From an uncultured Gammaproteobacteria bacterium (GTDB taxonomy: Bacteria > Patescibacteriota > Microgenomatia > Levybacterales > GWA1-39-11), in assembly GCA_964452165.1 (NCBI GenBank), contig CAYVKP010000001.1:268110-332109 (forward strand): a stretch of 64,000 nucleotides of DNA, read 5' to 3'. The position numbers were made by a program, and so were the translations under genes. Shown one piece after another: positions 18,717 to 28,525 of the stretch. The stretch's first letter is position 1. The number at the start of each line of letters is the position of its first letter. Under the pieces are notes generated by a model that was not told the DNA's origin, did not search any database, and worked only from the letters and a program-made list of their open reading frames with translations.

Positions 18717-19232
18717 ATGAAGATTTATACAATGGGTCACACGACCAGGTCAATAGAAGAATTCATTTTAGTTTTGAAAAACTATCACATTGAAATAGTT
18801 GCCGATATTCGTATTATCCCAAGGTCCCGCTATAATCCTCAGTTTGAGGGTTCTCATTTAGAAAAATCTCTCGAGGAAAATGGTATGTCATATATTCATA
18901 TTAGAGAGCTGGGTGGTTTGAGAAATCCCAGAAAAGATTCGCAGAATATGGAATGGAGAAACACTTCATTCAGGGGATATGCAGATCACATGGAAACAGA
19001 AGAATTCGCGCGGGGTTTGGAAATTTTAGAAAAAATTGCAAAAGATCACCCAACGATAATTGTTTGCGCAGAAGCTGTTCCTTGGCGCTGTCATCGTAGT
19101 TTGGTTGCGGACGCATTAACTCTGCGGGGTTGGAGCGTAGAACATATTATGACTGAAAAAATTGCCAACAAGCACAAACTAACAGAATTTCTTAGGGTGG
19201 TTAATGGAAAACCGACTTATCCTAAAAGATAA
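18717..19232 (+). CDS. DUF488 family protein
   Basis: MKIYTMGHTTRSIEEF...CAEAVPWRCHRSLV pattern characteristic of DUF488. Confidence 0.7.
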   Translation: MKIYTMGHTTRSIEEFILVLKNYHIEIVADIRIIPRSRYNPQFEGSHLEKSLEENGMSYIHIRELGGLRNPRKDSQNMEWRNTSFRGYADHMETEEFARGLEILEKIAKDHPTIIVCAEAVPWRCHRSLVADALTLRGWSVEHIMTEKIANKHKLTEFLRVVNGKPTYPKR

Positions 19233-19850
19233 TTATTGTTTTCCAATGATCACTACGGCATCTGCCGATTCACTTGCTCCAAGATCGCTTGAGGAAGATC
19301 CTAATGTATAATTTGCCGAAAGATCTTTCTTCAAAAGAGAAAGATAATTGCTTTTTCCACTTTTCACCTGTACTTGCGTATTTGCGTAATCAAAATTGTC
19401 TGCATTGCCGATCTGAACTATGTTATAGCCCAGACCTTCAAGAAAATCTGAAGCTTTCTTAGATGCACCTGCTGTTCCACTCCCATTTAAAATGTGAATT
19501 GAAAGCTTTGCTCTATCAAGACCAGTAGCCTTATCAACACTACTTGTAGTTGTGGGTTTGGGAGTGGCGCTTGGCTTTTCCGTGGGGGTTGGGGTACCTG
19601 CTTCCGTTGGGGTAGGCGTATCAGTTGGAAAAGCTTCCTGCGTTGGGGTTGGTACCATTGTAGTTGTAGATTTTTTGGATCCGCCGAGAAACTTGGATAC
19701 ACCCAATATTAAAAGAAGAACCACAACAATTGCTGCTACAATAGCGAAGTATTTTTTTGACGAAGATCCGGAGGAATTGCGCGAAATTCTACTCTGAAAC
19801 TCAGAGGGGGCCTGAAATATTTCTTCTTTCTGTTCTTCTTCCATTGGCAC
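19233..19850 (-). CDS. LytR_C (cell-envelope-related) domain protein with N-terminal transmembrane anchor and Pro/Thr-rich linker
   Basis: Transmembrane helix AIVAAIVVVLLLILGV, a PTPT repeat linker, and a C-terminal ..NGSGTAGASKKASDFLEGLGYNIVQIGNADNFDYANTQV.. LytR_C-like domain. Confidence 0.65.
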   Translation of the reverse strand: MPMEEEQKEEIFQAPSEFQSRISRNSSGSSSKKYFAIVAAIVVVLLLILGVSKFLGGSKKSTTTMVPTPTQEAFPTDTPTPTEAGTPTPTEKPSATPKPTTTSSVDKATGLDRAKLSIHILNGSGTAGASKKASDFLEGLGYNIVQIGNADNFDYANTQVQVKSGKSNYLSLLKKDLSANYTLGSSSSDLGASESADAVVIIGKQ

Positions 19851-19906
19851 TATGATACCATCAAATTGTAATTTTGCAAGATTTAACCTGACGATCTAAT
19901 CATTGG

Positions 19907-21703
19907 TTGATTAATGGATTTTTAGTTTATAATAAAGTTATGATAGCTCTTCTTTTCTTTGCTTTCTTGTCCGGTCTCGTAACGATAGCCGCACCTTGTA
20001 TTTGGCCACTTTTGCCAATAGTTCTAACATCTTCAAGTCTAACAGGCGACCACAGAAGACCGTTGGGGCTTACCATAGGAGTTCTTGTAAGTTTTGGTAT
20101 TTTGACCCTGACCCTATCTTACTTGGTTAGTATTTTCCGTTTCGACACAAACATTTTAAGAGTTGTTGCGGTAGTCATTTTATTATTTTTGGGCTTGACA
20201 CTTATCATTCCCGTACTGACCAGGATTGTCGAGGGATTTGTCTCAAGAATTGCAGGAAGATTCGGCTCAACAAACACTAATGGAGGTTTTATTCCAGGCT
20301 TTATCTCAGGCCTTGCATTAGGAGTTGTTTGGGCTCCCTGCGCCGGACCAATTCTTGCAACCATAGCAACCCTTGCTGCGACCCGTTCGGTTTCATCTCA
20401 AATCATTCTTATAACTATTGCGTATCTTGTTGGAATAGGAATTCCTCTTTTCATTTTTGCTTACGCGGGACAGCGAATAATTCAAAAAAGCAGATTTTTT
20501 AATAAGTACACCGCAACTGTCCAGAAAATTTTCGGTTTGATAATAATTCTTACTGCTGTTTTAATTTTTACAAATTATGACAAGGTTATTGAAGCAAATC
20601 TTCTTAACGTTTTTCCGTCTTACTCCAACTTCCTAAATAGTATAGAGGGAAATAGCATTGTCTCAAAAGAGCTTAATCGGTTGAAAGGTGGAAGCGGTAA
20701 GGACGTTGTTGGAAAACCCTTCAACCCAATGGGAGATAGTAACTCTGATCTTTTTAACGCAAATTATCCTGCACCTCAACTTAAGGGTGTATCAGCTTGG
20801 CTAAATCTTTCGGAAGGACAAAATTCGTTATCTATAAAATCACTCAGGGGAAAGGTCGTTTTAGTGGATTTTTGGACCTACACATGTATCAACTGTATTC
20901 GGACGTTACCATTTGTGACAAATTGGTACGACAAATATCATGATCAGGGCTTTGTTGTGATAGGGGTGCATACACCTGAATTTGAATTTGAGCATGATAC
21001 CAAAAATGTCAAAGCCGCAATCGAACAATATAAGATTCACTATCCGGTAGCGCAAGACAACGATTACGCAACATGGAATAATTTCAATAATCAATTTTGG
21101 CCGGCGGAATATTTGATTGATGTCAACGGTAACGTTCGCCGAACCCATTTTGGTGAAGGAGAATACGATAAGACCGAAATGGCGATTCGAGAACTACTTA
21201 AAGAGGCAGGCAAAAAGGTTTCTACGGGACTTTCTGATATGCCGGATCAAACACCCAGAAACCAAATATCTCCCGAGACATACATTGGCGCAAAAAGAAT
21301 GGAATTTTATTATCCAAACGGACGAGTTAATCCCGATTCTTATAAAAACTTAAAACCATCTTCGGACATTGCAGTAAATTCTTTTACATTGGGTGGGGAC
21401 TGGATAATTTCCGATGAATATTCAGAAACAGGACTCGCTGCAGTTCTTGATTACAATTTTTCGGCAAGCAAGGTTTACCTCGTGATGAAGCCATCAGTCA
21501 GTGGGCCAGGCAGAGTCAGAGTATTAATTGACGGCAAGGTTATAGACGATACAATTGCCGGGTCAGATGTCAGGAATGGCTTTGTAAATGTTGACTTAGA
21601 CCGCTTATATAATCTTGTTAATCTGAAAAATGGTCCGGAAAATCATCTCCTAAGAATAGAATTTTCCCCGGGCGTTCAGGTATTTGCTTTCACATTCGGT
21701 TAG
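19907..21703 (+). CDS. DipZ-like thiol:disulfide interchange protein: CcdA/DsbD transmembrane domain + TlpA-like thioredoxin domain (CxxC) + C-terminal beta-rich domain
   Basis: Membrane cysteines in ..IAAPCIWPL.. and ..WAPCAGPI.., thioredoxin active site WTYTCINCIRTLP, C-terminal ~170-aa domain. Confidence 0.8.
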   Translation: MINGFLVYNKVMIALLFFAFLSGLVTIAAPCIWPLLPIVLTSSSLTGDHRRPLGLTIGVLVSFGILTLTLSYLVSIFRFDTNILRVVAVVILLFLGLTLIIPVLTRIVEGFVSRIAGRFGSTNTNGGFIPGFISGLALGVVWAPCAGPILATIATLAATRSVSSQIILITIAYLVGIGIPLFIFAYAGQRIIQKSRFFNKYTATVQKIFGLIIILTAVLIFTNYDKVIEANLLNVFPSYSNFLNSIEGNSIVSKELNRLKGGSGKDVVGKPFNPMGDSNSDLFNANYPAPQLKGVSAWLNLSEGQNSLSIKSLRGKVVLVDFWTYTCINCIRTLPFVTNWYDKYHDQGFVVIGVHTPEFEFEHDTKNVKAAIEQYKIHYPVAQDNDYATWNNFNNQFWPAEYLIDVNGNVRRTHFGEGEYDKTEMAIRELLKEAGKKVSTGLSDMPDQTPRNQISPETYIGAKRMEFYYPNGRVNPDSYKNLKPSSDIAVNSFTLGGDWIISDEYSETGLAAVLDYNFSASKVYLVMKPSVSGPGRVRVLIDGKVIDDTIAGSDVRNGFVNVDLDRLYNLVNLKNGPENHLLRIEFSPGVQVFAFTFG

Positions 21704-21774
21704 CTCACAATCTTCTTACCTGTTTATCACCTTATTTTAGGTTTAAATATACAAACATTTGTTAAACTTCCAAT

Positions 21775-22332
21775 ATGGTAAATTCTGGAGTTTTATTTAG
21801 TAAAAGACAAGCGGATTCTGCCCCGATGAACAAAAACGATGGAGCAAAAAGAATAAGTTCGGAGAAAGCCCAGGAATGGTTTGAAGAAGCTGAAAAAGAA
21901 CACGTTAAAGAACATCTTTCAAATCAGCAAAAATTCTACGACTTAGTCCGGGAGTCGGCCAGGATCCTATTTCAAGCAAAATCCATTTTTCCATTTGATC
22001 TCTTCCCGGACGAGATTAGCATAGATCCTATTAAAGTGAATATTGTTTCTCATGAATTTTTTGCGTCAGCCAGAGTTCACTGCATTTATATTAAAAATAT
22101 CTCTGATGTATTTGTGGATTGTTCACCGTTTTTTGCGTCCCTTAAGATAATTGACCAGGGATTTACGGAAAATGAGGAGATAGTTACGACGCTCAGTAAA
22201 GATAATGCCATGAAAGCTCGCCGCATCATACAGGGCTTAGTAGTTGCACATAAGCAGGGAGTGGATGTTACGCGTCTCGAGCAAGATACGGATTTGGTTG
22301 AAAAGCTCGAGGCTTTGGGTGATGCCAAATAA
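21775..22332 (+). CDS. hypothetical protein (185 aa)
   Basis: Uninterrupted ORF immediately upstream of the tuf promoter. No recognisable motif. Confidence 0.4.
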   Translation: MVNSGVLFSKRQADSAPMNKNDGAKRISSEKAQEWFEEAEKEHVKEHLSNQQKFYDLVRESARILFQAKSIFPFDLFPDEISIDPIKVNIVSHEFFASARVHCIYIKNISDVFVDCSPFFASLKIIDQGFTENEEIVTTLSKDNAMKARRIIQGLVVAHKQGVDVTRLEQDTDLVEKLEALGDAK

Positions 22333-22338
22333 TACTAC

Positions 22339-22367
22339 TTGACGAAGCTTTAAAAATGCTGTATATT
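22339..22367 (+). promoter_or_regulatory. tuf promoter TTGACG-17-TATATT
   Basis: TTGACG at 22339-22344, 17-nt spacer, TATATT at 22362-22367. Confidence 0.45.
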
Positions 22368-22403
22368 TATCTTCGCACCTGAAGGTGTTTTTATTTTGTA
22401 AAC

Positions 22404-23585
22404 ATGGCTGGCGTATTTAATAGAACTAAACCACACGTAAACATCGGAACAATTGGTCACGTTGATCACGGAAAGACTACATTGACTTCCGCTATAACTA
22501 CTGTTTTGGCAAAGAAAGGCCTTGCCGAGGCCAGAAAATACGAAGACATTGATAATGCCCCAGAAGAAAAAGCTCGTGGAGTCACGATTAACATTTCCCA
22601 TCAAGAGTACGAGACAGAAAAAAGGCACTACGCACACATTGATGCCCCAGGACACGCGGATTACGTCAAGAATATGATCACAGGTGCTGCGCAAATGGAT
22701 GGAGCAATCCTAGTAGTCTCAGCAGCAGATGGACCGATGCCTCAAACAAGAGAACACATTCTTCTTGCTCGCCAGGTTGGAGTTCCAGCAATCGTGGTCT
22801 TCCTCAACAAGGTTGACATGGTTTCAGACCCAGAATTGATAGATTTGGTTGAAATGGAAGTTCGCGAACTCCTTACGAAATACCAATATCCAGGAAATGA
22901 TGTACCAATTGTTAAGGGATCAGCCTTGAAAGCAACTCAGGGAGATGCAGAAGCGGAAGCTCAAATAATGGAACTTATGGATAAGGTTGATGAGTATATC
23001 CCAACTCCAACACGTGACCTTGATAAGCCATTCTTAATGCCGGTTGAAGACGTCTTTTCAATTAAAGGCCGCGGAACTGTTGTTACCGGCCGCGTAGAGC
23101 GCGGACAGGCAAAAGTTAACGAAACAGTTGCTATTATTGGAATCAAACCTACAAAAGAAACCGTTATTACAGGAATAGAAGCTTTTAGAAAGACCCTTGA
23201 AGACGCCCAAGCTGGAGATAATGCAGGACTCTTGCTCCGTGGAATTGAGAAAAAAGATGTTGAGCGTGGTCAGGTTGTTGCAAAACCAGGTTCAATTACT
23301 CCCCACACTGAATTTGAAGCAGAGGTTTATGTTTTGACAAAAGAAGAGGGTGGACGACACACGCCATTCTTTAAAGGATACCGCCCACAATTTTACATCA
23401 GAACAACTGATGTAACCGGTGAAATAATCTTGCAAGAAGGCGTTGAGATGGTAATGCCGGGAGACAATACAAAAATGACTGCAAAACTTATAGTTCCCAT
23501 TGCACTTGAAGAGGGAATGAGATTTGCTATCCGTGAGGGTGGAAAAACAGTAGGCGCAGGAGTTATAACAAAAGTTATAGCTTAA
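22404..23585 (+). CDS. tuf: elongation factor Tu
   Basis: [22 protein letters not shown] motifs. 393 aa. Confidence 0.98.
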   Translation: MAGVFNRTKPHVNIGTIGHVDHGKTTLTSAITTVLAKKGLAEARKYEDIDNAPEEKARGVTINISHQEYETEKRHYAHIDAPGHADYVKNMITGAAQMDGAILVVSAADGPMPQTREHILLARQVGVPAIVVFLNKVDMVSDPELIDLVEMEVRELLTKYQYPGNDVPIVKGSALKATQGDAEAEAQIMELMDKVDEYIPTPTRDLDKPFLMPVEDVFSIKGRGTVVTGRVERGQAKVNETVAIIGIKPTKETVITGIEAFRKTLEDAQAGDNAGLLLRGIEKKDVERGQVVAKPGSITPHTEFEAEVYVLTKEEGGRHTPFFKGYRPQFYIRTTDVTGEIILQEGVEMVMPGDNTKMTAKLIVPIALEEGMRFAIREGGKTVGAGVITKVIA

Positions 23586-23626
23586 AATTAGCACTTTTTA
23601 CAATTTTTTATTCGATTTATTGCTTA

Positions 23627-23654
23627 AAGCCTACCGTTCAGTGGGCTTTTTTTG
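23627..23654 (+). terminator. intrinsic terminator/attenuator between tuf and rpsJ
   Basis: AAGCCTAC-CGTTCA-GTGGGCTT 8-bp stem (1 G-U pair) followed by TTTTTTT. Confidence 0.45.
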
Positions 23655-23666
23655 TTTTAAAGACAT

Positions 23667-23978
23667 ATGGCAGCAAAAGGAAGAATTAGAGTACGTTTAA
23701 AATCATATGATTCAAGGATCATAGATTCAACGTGTCAACAAATACTTGATACAGCAATTAGAACTGGCGCAAAAGTTGCCGGTCCTATCCCTTTGCCTAC
23801 AAAAAGAACAGTTTTTACAGTCAATAAGTCTCCTTTTATTGAAAAAGATCATAGAGATCACTTTCAGCTCAAAACTCACAAGAGACTCATTGATATTTTA
23901 AATCCTACAGATAAAACCATCGAATCTCTTATACATCTTGACTTACCAGCAGGAGTGGATGTCGAGATTAAGATGTAG
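23667..23978 (+). CDS. rpsJ: 30S ribosomal protein S10
   Basis: ..IRVRLKSYD...[23 protein letters not shown]. Confidence 0.95.
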   Translation: MAAKGRIRVRLKSYDSRIIDSTCQQILDTAIRTGAKVAGPIPLPTKRTVFTVNKSPFIEKDHRDHFQLKTHKRLIDILNPTDKTIESLIHLDLPAGVDVEIKM

Positions 23979-23979
23979 T

Positions 23980-24906
23980 TTAGGGGAGCTCAAGCTCTAC
24001 CTGAATGTGTTTGACGGTTGGAATTTCATCTCTAATTTTCTCCTTAACTTTATCAATAATTTTTGCAATCTCCTCTGTCTTCATGTCTTGATCCATAGAT
24101 ACTTCCATATTCACAAGCAGTCTATCCGAGCCTATGTGCATAGTTTTAAGGTCAAGCACTTTTTTAATCTCCGGTAGTGAAAGTGAAACTTTTTTTATTC
24201 TCTTTAAGGTTTCGTCTGAAGCGCTTTTTCCAATGAGCAGATCTCTAATTCCAAGAATCAATAAAAAGCCGAAAATAATAAGGATTATGCCAATTCCTAT
24301 GGCACCAATCCCATCCAATCTCTTATCACCGGTTAATTGATAGAGAATTAATGCTACAAGACCTACGAGAGATGCTGAAGTGCCAACAAAATCCAGCACA
24401 AACGTGGTTTTAGTCTCAATCAAAGACGACCTTAAGAAAGCATACAAGATGCTTCCGATATGTGTTTTACTGCGAAGTCTTTTATAACTCAAACGGAAGG
24501 CATAAGCGTTTGTAAGAGTTGTTAAGATTAGAACTGCGTATGTTGCTGGTAAATTGTGAATTGTTCGAGGATTAAAGAATCTTTGTAAACCAAAATAGAT
24601 AGAAAAAGTGGAAGTTATTCCTATTATTATCACGGCTGATAGGAAAGTCCAAAAATATACTTCACGGCCGTATCCGAAAGGGAAATACTTATTTGCTCTT
24701 GATTTTGCTCTTTGAACTCCCAGAACTAATGCTCCCGAGGCTACCAAATCTGCAATTCCCTCCAGCACCTCAGTTGCCATTATTACGCTCCCCGACATAA
24801 TTGCGACTCCAAGGCTAAGTAAAATATCGGAGATATCCACAATAAGAGACGTTATGACTACCGTTCTGGCCGATGGCAGCTTCTTTTTTATCGCTTTTTT
24901 CCTCAC
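23980..24906 (-). CDS. cation diffusion facilitator (CDF) family divalent metal efflux transporter
   Basis: Six transmembrane segments plus a C-terminal cytoplasmic domain. Typical CDF N-terminal motif ..ITSLIVDISDILLSLG..SGSVIMATEVLEGIADL.. Confidence 0.8.
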   Translation of the reverse strand: MRKKAIKKKLPSARTVVITSLIVDISDILLSLGVAIMSGSVIMATEVLEGIADLVASGALVLGVQRAKSRANKYFPFGYGREVYFWTFLSAVIIIGITSTFSIYFGLQRFFNPRTIHNLPATYAVLILTTLTNAYAFRLSYKRLRSKTHIGSILYAFLRSSLIETKTTFVLDFVGTSASLVGLVALILYQLTGDKRLDGIGAIGIGIILIIFGFLLILGIRDLLIGKSASDETLKRIKKVSLSLPEIKKVLDLKTMHIGSDRLLVNMEVSMDQDMKTEEIAKIIDKVKEKIRDEIPTVKHIQVELELP

Positions 24907-24974
24907 GAGAGAAGTATATCAGATGAGGTGAATAATTTTTGTGTGATAGCTAACAAATCAAACCAACGCCAGCC

Positions 24975-25003
24975 TTGCAATTGAGGCGAAAACATTATAT
25001 AAT
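24975..25003 (+). promoter_or_regulatory. S10-operon promoter TTGCAA-17-TATAAT upstream of rplC
   Basis: TTGCAA at 24975-24980, 17-nt spacer, TATAAT at 24998-25003. Confidence 0.45.
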
Positions 25004-25076
25004 CTTCTTTTGCATGTCCAAACTATTGATAGTATCTTTAGTTACATAATTCGAGATCAATCCCTGGGACATTAGG

Positions 25077-25110
25077 AAGGCGACTCTCGAGTCGCTTTTT
25101 TGTTGCTTTT
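25077..25110 (+). terminator. terminator-like hairpin (attenuator) ending 10 nt before the rplC start codon
   Basis: AAGGCGACT-CTCG-AGTCGCTTT stem of ~9 bp followed by TTTTTTGTTGCTTTT. rplC has no Shine-Dalgarno sequence. Confidence 0.4.
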
Positions 25111-26004
25111 ATGAACTTACAAAGTTTGTTAGGAACTAAAATCGCTCAGACACAAGGTTTTTTGGAAGACGGGACTCGCGTTCCGCTTTCCGTTATTAAC
25201 GTTGGCGGAAACGTGGTCTCCCAAATTAAAACAGCGGACCACGAAGGTTACAACGCTCTCCAACTCGGGTTTGGTAATAAGCGTCCCAACAAAGCAAATC
25301 TCGGACACATCAAAAAAGCGGGGCTAGAAGAAAAATCACCTCGCTTTTTTCGTGAAGTGAGAGCGGACGAACTTCCCGAGAATGCTCTCGGTAGCGAAAT
25401 TGCTCCTCAGGAAGTTTTCGAACCGGGAGATATAATCGACGTAATTGGAACCTCCAAAGGTAAAGGCTATGCTGGAGTTGTCAAAAGACATGGTTTTCAT
25501 GGAGGGCCAAAGACTCATGGTCAATCAGACCGTCATCGTGCTCCGGGATCGTCGGGTCAAGGTACAACTCCGGGGAGAGTTTATAAAGGAAAAAGAATGT
25601 CCGGAAGAATGGGAAATGCTCATGTTACAGTTAAAAATCTTGAAGTTTTAGATATTCAAGGAGATACGATTTTTGTTCGAGGACTTGTCCCGGGAATCCG
25701 CGGAGGATTAGTAGTTTTGCGAAAAGTCGGAAAGAATAAAAAGTTTATGCCTTTATATTCTGATAAGAAGGAAGAGCTTGAGGCAAAAGTAGAACCCGTA
25801 GCGGAAATTGCAACCGCCCAGGAAAATGTTATGGAAGCTATTGAAAAGGTTGAAACTTCCGAGGAAAAAGTAGAAACAGCTCAGGAAGCTGTGACCACTC
25901 CCGAAGAAAACGTTGTAGTTGAGGGTTCAGAATCTTCAGAAAAACAAGAAGCTGAAAATGTAGAAAACGAAGAAATGAAAGGAGAAGAAAATGCCAGCAA
26001 GTAA
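25111..26004 (+). CDS. rplC: 50S ribosomal protein L3 with ~85-aa acidic C-terminal extension
   Basis: L3 core (..GTSKGKGYAGVVKRHGFHGGPKTHGQSDRHRAPGS..) followed by a Glu/Val-rich tail. Confidence 0.93.
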   Translation: MNLQSLLGTKIAQTQGFLEDGTRVPLSVINVGGNVVSQIKTADHEGYNALQLGFGNKRPNKANLGHIKKAGLEEKSPRFFREVRADELPENALGSEIAPQEVFEPGDIIDVIGTSKGKGYAGVVKRHGFHGGPKTHGQSDRHRAPGSSGQGTTPGRVYKGKRMSGRMGNAHVTVKNLEVLDIQGDTIFVRGLVPGIRGGLVVLRKVGKNKKFMPLYSDKKEELEAKVEPVAEIATAQENVMEAIEKVETSEEKVETAQEAVTTPEENVVVEGSESSEKQEAENVENEEMKGEENASK

Positions 26005-26722
26005 AGTTAAAAGTTCTGTTAAAACAGTAAAGCCGGTAAGTCCAGCCAAGGCAGACTTGAGTTCAACGCCAAAATCTGGAGGTTTAAGCTTGTCTGTATA
26101 TAGTCTAAAAGGCGAAAAGAAAGGCTCTGTAACGCTTTCAAAAGAAGTTTTTGGAGCAAGGGTTAATCCTTCTCTTATGGCACAAGCGGTTCGTGTTTAC
26201 TTGGTTAATCAAAGACAAGGTAATGCCTCAACAAAAACGAGAGGAGAAATCCATGCTTCAACTAAAAAAATATACAGGCAAAAAGGGACAGGACGTGCAA
26301 GACACGGTGCGATATCAGCCCCAATTTTTGTAGGCGGTGGAGTTGCTCTTGGACCCCATCCTAGAATTTTTGAATTGAAATTATCAAAAGCAATGAAAAG
26401 AAAAGCTCTTTTTTCAGCGCTTTCAGAGAAGCTTTCAGCAAACGGAATATTTGTTGTAGATGTTGATCAGGCAAGCGGTAAAACAAAGGAAATTGCTGGA
26501 CTTTTGAAAACATTAAACGTTTTGAACAAAAAAGATTCAAATATTCTGTTTATAGCAGGAGATAAAACTGAAGCTAAAAAGGCGGCAAGAAATATAAGAG
26601 GAGTAATCGCTGAAGCAGTTCATAGTCTAAATACATTCACGGTCTTGAATAGCAAGTCGCTGGTATTTGCAAAAGACGCGGTCGAAAAAATTGAGAGCAT
26701 TTATCTTAAAAAATTAGCATGA
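25991..26722 (+). CDS. rplD: 50S ribosomal protein L4 (with ~30-aa Lys/Ser-rich N-terminal extension)
   Basis: Position in the operon and an L4-like core. Overlaps the rplC end by 14 nt. Confidence 0.85.
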   Translation: MPASKVKSSVKTVKPVSPAKADLSSTPKSGGLSLSVYSLKGEKKGSVTLSKEVFGARVNPSLMAQAVRVYLVNQRQGNASTKTRGEIHASTKKIYRQKGTGRARHGAISAPIFVGGGVALGPHPRIFELKLSKAMKRKALFSALSEKLSANGIFVVDVDQASGKTKEIAGLLKTLNVLNKKDSNILFIAGDKTEAKKAARNIRGVIAEAVHSLNTFTVLNSKSLVFAKDAVEKIESIYLKKLA

Positions 26723-27045
26723 AACATTTATCAAATTTTATTATAAAACCAATAATTTCTGAAAAATCATATGATGAAGCGAAGAAAAATAGGTACACAT
26801 TCGTAGTTGCAAGACAAGCGACAAAAATCGATGTCAAAAATGCTATCGAAAAAATTTTCAAAGTCAACGTCACAGGAGTCTCTACAATAAATGTTAAGGG
26901 TACAAAAGTAAGAAATACAAGAACGGGGAAAAAAATACTCGACGCATCATATAAAAAAGCAAGGGTTGCACTAGCACAAGGGCAAAAAATTGAGATTTTT
27001 GAAGAGAAAACAGAAGACAAGAAAGATAAAAAAGATAAGAAATAA
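26719..27045 (+). CDS. rplW: 50S ribosomal protein L23 (KDKK-repeat C-terminal tail)
   Basis: Position in the operon. ..YTFVVARQATKIDVKNAIEKIFKVNV.. Confidence 0.88.
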   Translation: MKHLSNFIIKPIISEKSYDEAKKNRYTFVVARQATKIDVKNAIEKIFKVNVTGVSTINVKGTKVRNTRTGKKILDASYKKARVALAQGQKIEIFEEKTEDKKDKKDKK

Positions 27046-27046
27046 T

Positions 27047-27787
27047 ATGTCAAAAAAACTTAAGCACTTACTTAAAAAACAGTCAGGTAGAGACGCTACG
27101 GGAAAGTTAGTGGTTCGTCATCAGGGCGGCCGCAGCAAGCGTTTTTATCGGGCAGTTGATTTTAAGCGAGACAAAATTAATGTTGAAGGAGTCGTAATTG
27201 CTATGGAATATGATCCAAATAGATCCGCGGATCTTGCCATTGTTACATACAAAGACGGCGAGAAGAGATACATCTTGGCGCCACTTAACATGAAAATTGG
27301 AGACAAGGTTATGTCAGGACCTGCCGCAGATGTGAGAGCTGGTAATACTTTGCCACTTGAAAATGTTCCGGTAGGGCAAGCAATTCACAATGTAGAGCTT
27401 ACTCGTGGAAAAGGTGGACAGATTGCTCGTTCAGCCGGAGATGCAGCCTATGTTATGGCAAAAGAAGATGGATACGCTCATGTTAGAATGCCAAGTGGCG
27501 AAATAAGAAAGATACTTGCGACAAATTTTGCTACAATTGGACAACTTGCAAAAGTCGAATGGAAAGATAGGGTTTTGGGTAAAGCGGGAGCATCACGCCA
27601 TGCCGGAATAAGACCAACAGTAAGAGGAGTTGCAATGAATCCGTCATCTCACCCTCATGGTGGAGGAGAGGGACGTTCGGGAATCGGAATGCCATCACCA
27701 AAAACTTATGCGGGTAGAAAAGCGGTTGGAAAAACGAGATCAAAAAAGAAATATTCAAATAAGTTTATTATAAAAAGGAGAAAATAA
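27047..27787 (+). CDS. rplB: 50S ribosomal protein L2
   Basis: ..[10 protein letters not shown].. motif. Start ATG at 27047 (MSKKLKH); the ORF-track start at 26990 overlaps rplW. Confidence 0.95.
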   Translation: MSKKLKHLLKKQSGRDATGKLVVRHQGGRSKRFYRAVDFKRDKINVEGVVIAMEYDPNRSADLAIVTYKDGEKRYILAPLNMKIGDKVMSGPAADVRAGNTLPLENVPVGQAIHNVELTRGKGGQIARSAGDAAYVMAKEDGYAHVRMPSGEIRKILATNFATIGQLAKVEWKDRVLGKAGASRHAGIRPTVRGVAMNPSSHPHGGGEGRSGIGMPSPKTYAGRKAVGKTRSKKKYSNKFIIKRRK

Positions 27788-28071
27788 TGTCAAGATCATC
27801 TAAAAAAGGACCATACATTGACGAGAAATTAATGAAAAAAGTACAGACTCAAAAGACGTCGGGAGATAGAGCTGCAATAAAAACCTGGGCTCGCGCTTGC
27901 CAAATCCCGCCTGACTTTGTTGGGCACACGTTTTTAGTTCACAACGGAAAAAATCACATTACCGTAAAAGTTGTTGAAAATATGGTTGGACACAGACTTG
28001 GAGAATTTGCACCAACAAGAGTCTTTAGAGGACACGGAAGAGTCGTTGCAAGAGAAATATCAAAGACATAG
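27787..28071 (+). CDS. rpsS: 30S ribosomal protein S19
   Basis: ..[32 protein letters not shown]. Confidence 0.95.
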   Translation: MSRSSKKGPYIDEKLMKKVQTQKTSGDRAAIKTWARACQIPPDFVGHTFLVHNGKNHITVKVVENMVGHRLGEFAPTRVFRGHGRVVAREISKT

Positions 28072-28081
28072 TAAGAATAAT

Positions 28082-28525
28082 ATGGAATATATAGCAATTG
28101 CAAAAAATATAAAAATTACCCCTCGTAAGGTGAGGTTAATTGCTGCTGGTGTTAAGAAATACAATCTTAACGCTGCCCTATCTGCTTTGACGGTAATGAA
28201 CAAGAGAGCAGCAGGTCCTATAAAAAAGACCTTAGATAGTGCAGTTGCAAATGCAGTTAATAATTTTAAAGTTAAAAAAGAAGATCTCTCAATCAAAGAT
28301 ATAATTATTGAGGAGTCTCTTTCCCTAAAGCGATTTCATTTTGCAGGCCGTGGAAGAACAAGGCCTTACAAAAGACGCTCAAGTCATATAAGAGTTATTC
28401 TTACGGATGGGATAAAAGGGGATAAGAAAATGGTTATTGCAGAGACTAAAGAAGAAGCAAGCAAAGAAGTAGTTGCAGGATCAAAGACAACAAAAACGGC
28501 AGCAAAGAGAGGGGAAATTAAATAA
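28082..28525 (+). CDS. rplV: 50S ribosomal protein L22 (C-terminal extension ~35 aa)
   Basis: MEYIAIAKNIKITPRKVRLIAAGV... The start at 28082 avoids an overlap with rpsS. Confidence 0.9.
   Translation: MEYIAIAKNIKITPRKVRLIAAGVKKYNLNAALSALTVMNKRAAGPIKKTLDSAVANAVNNFKVKKEDLSIKDIIIEESLSLKRFHFAGRGRTRPYKRRSSHIRVILTDGIKGDKKMVIAETKEEASKEVVAGSKTTKTAAKRGEIK

Noticed and set aside
23938-24340. Plus-strand ORFs 23938..24177 and 24134..24340
   Set aside because: Antisense to the well-supported CDF transporter gene, with no independent signal.
26990-27046. ORF-track start of rplB at 26990, and similar over-extended starts for rplV (27971), rplE (30869), rpsN (31437), infA (36516), rpsK (37171)
   Set aside because: All overlap the preceding gene. 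Internal ATGs matching canonical r-protein N-termini sit right after the upstream stop codons.
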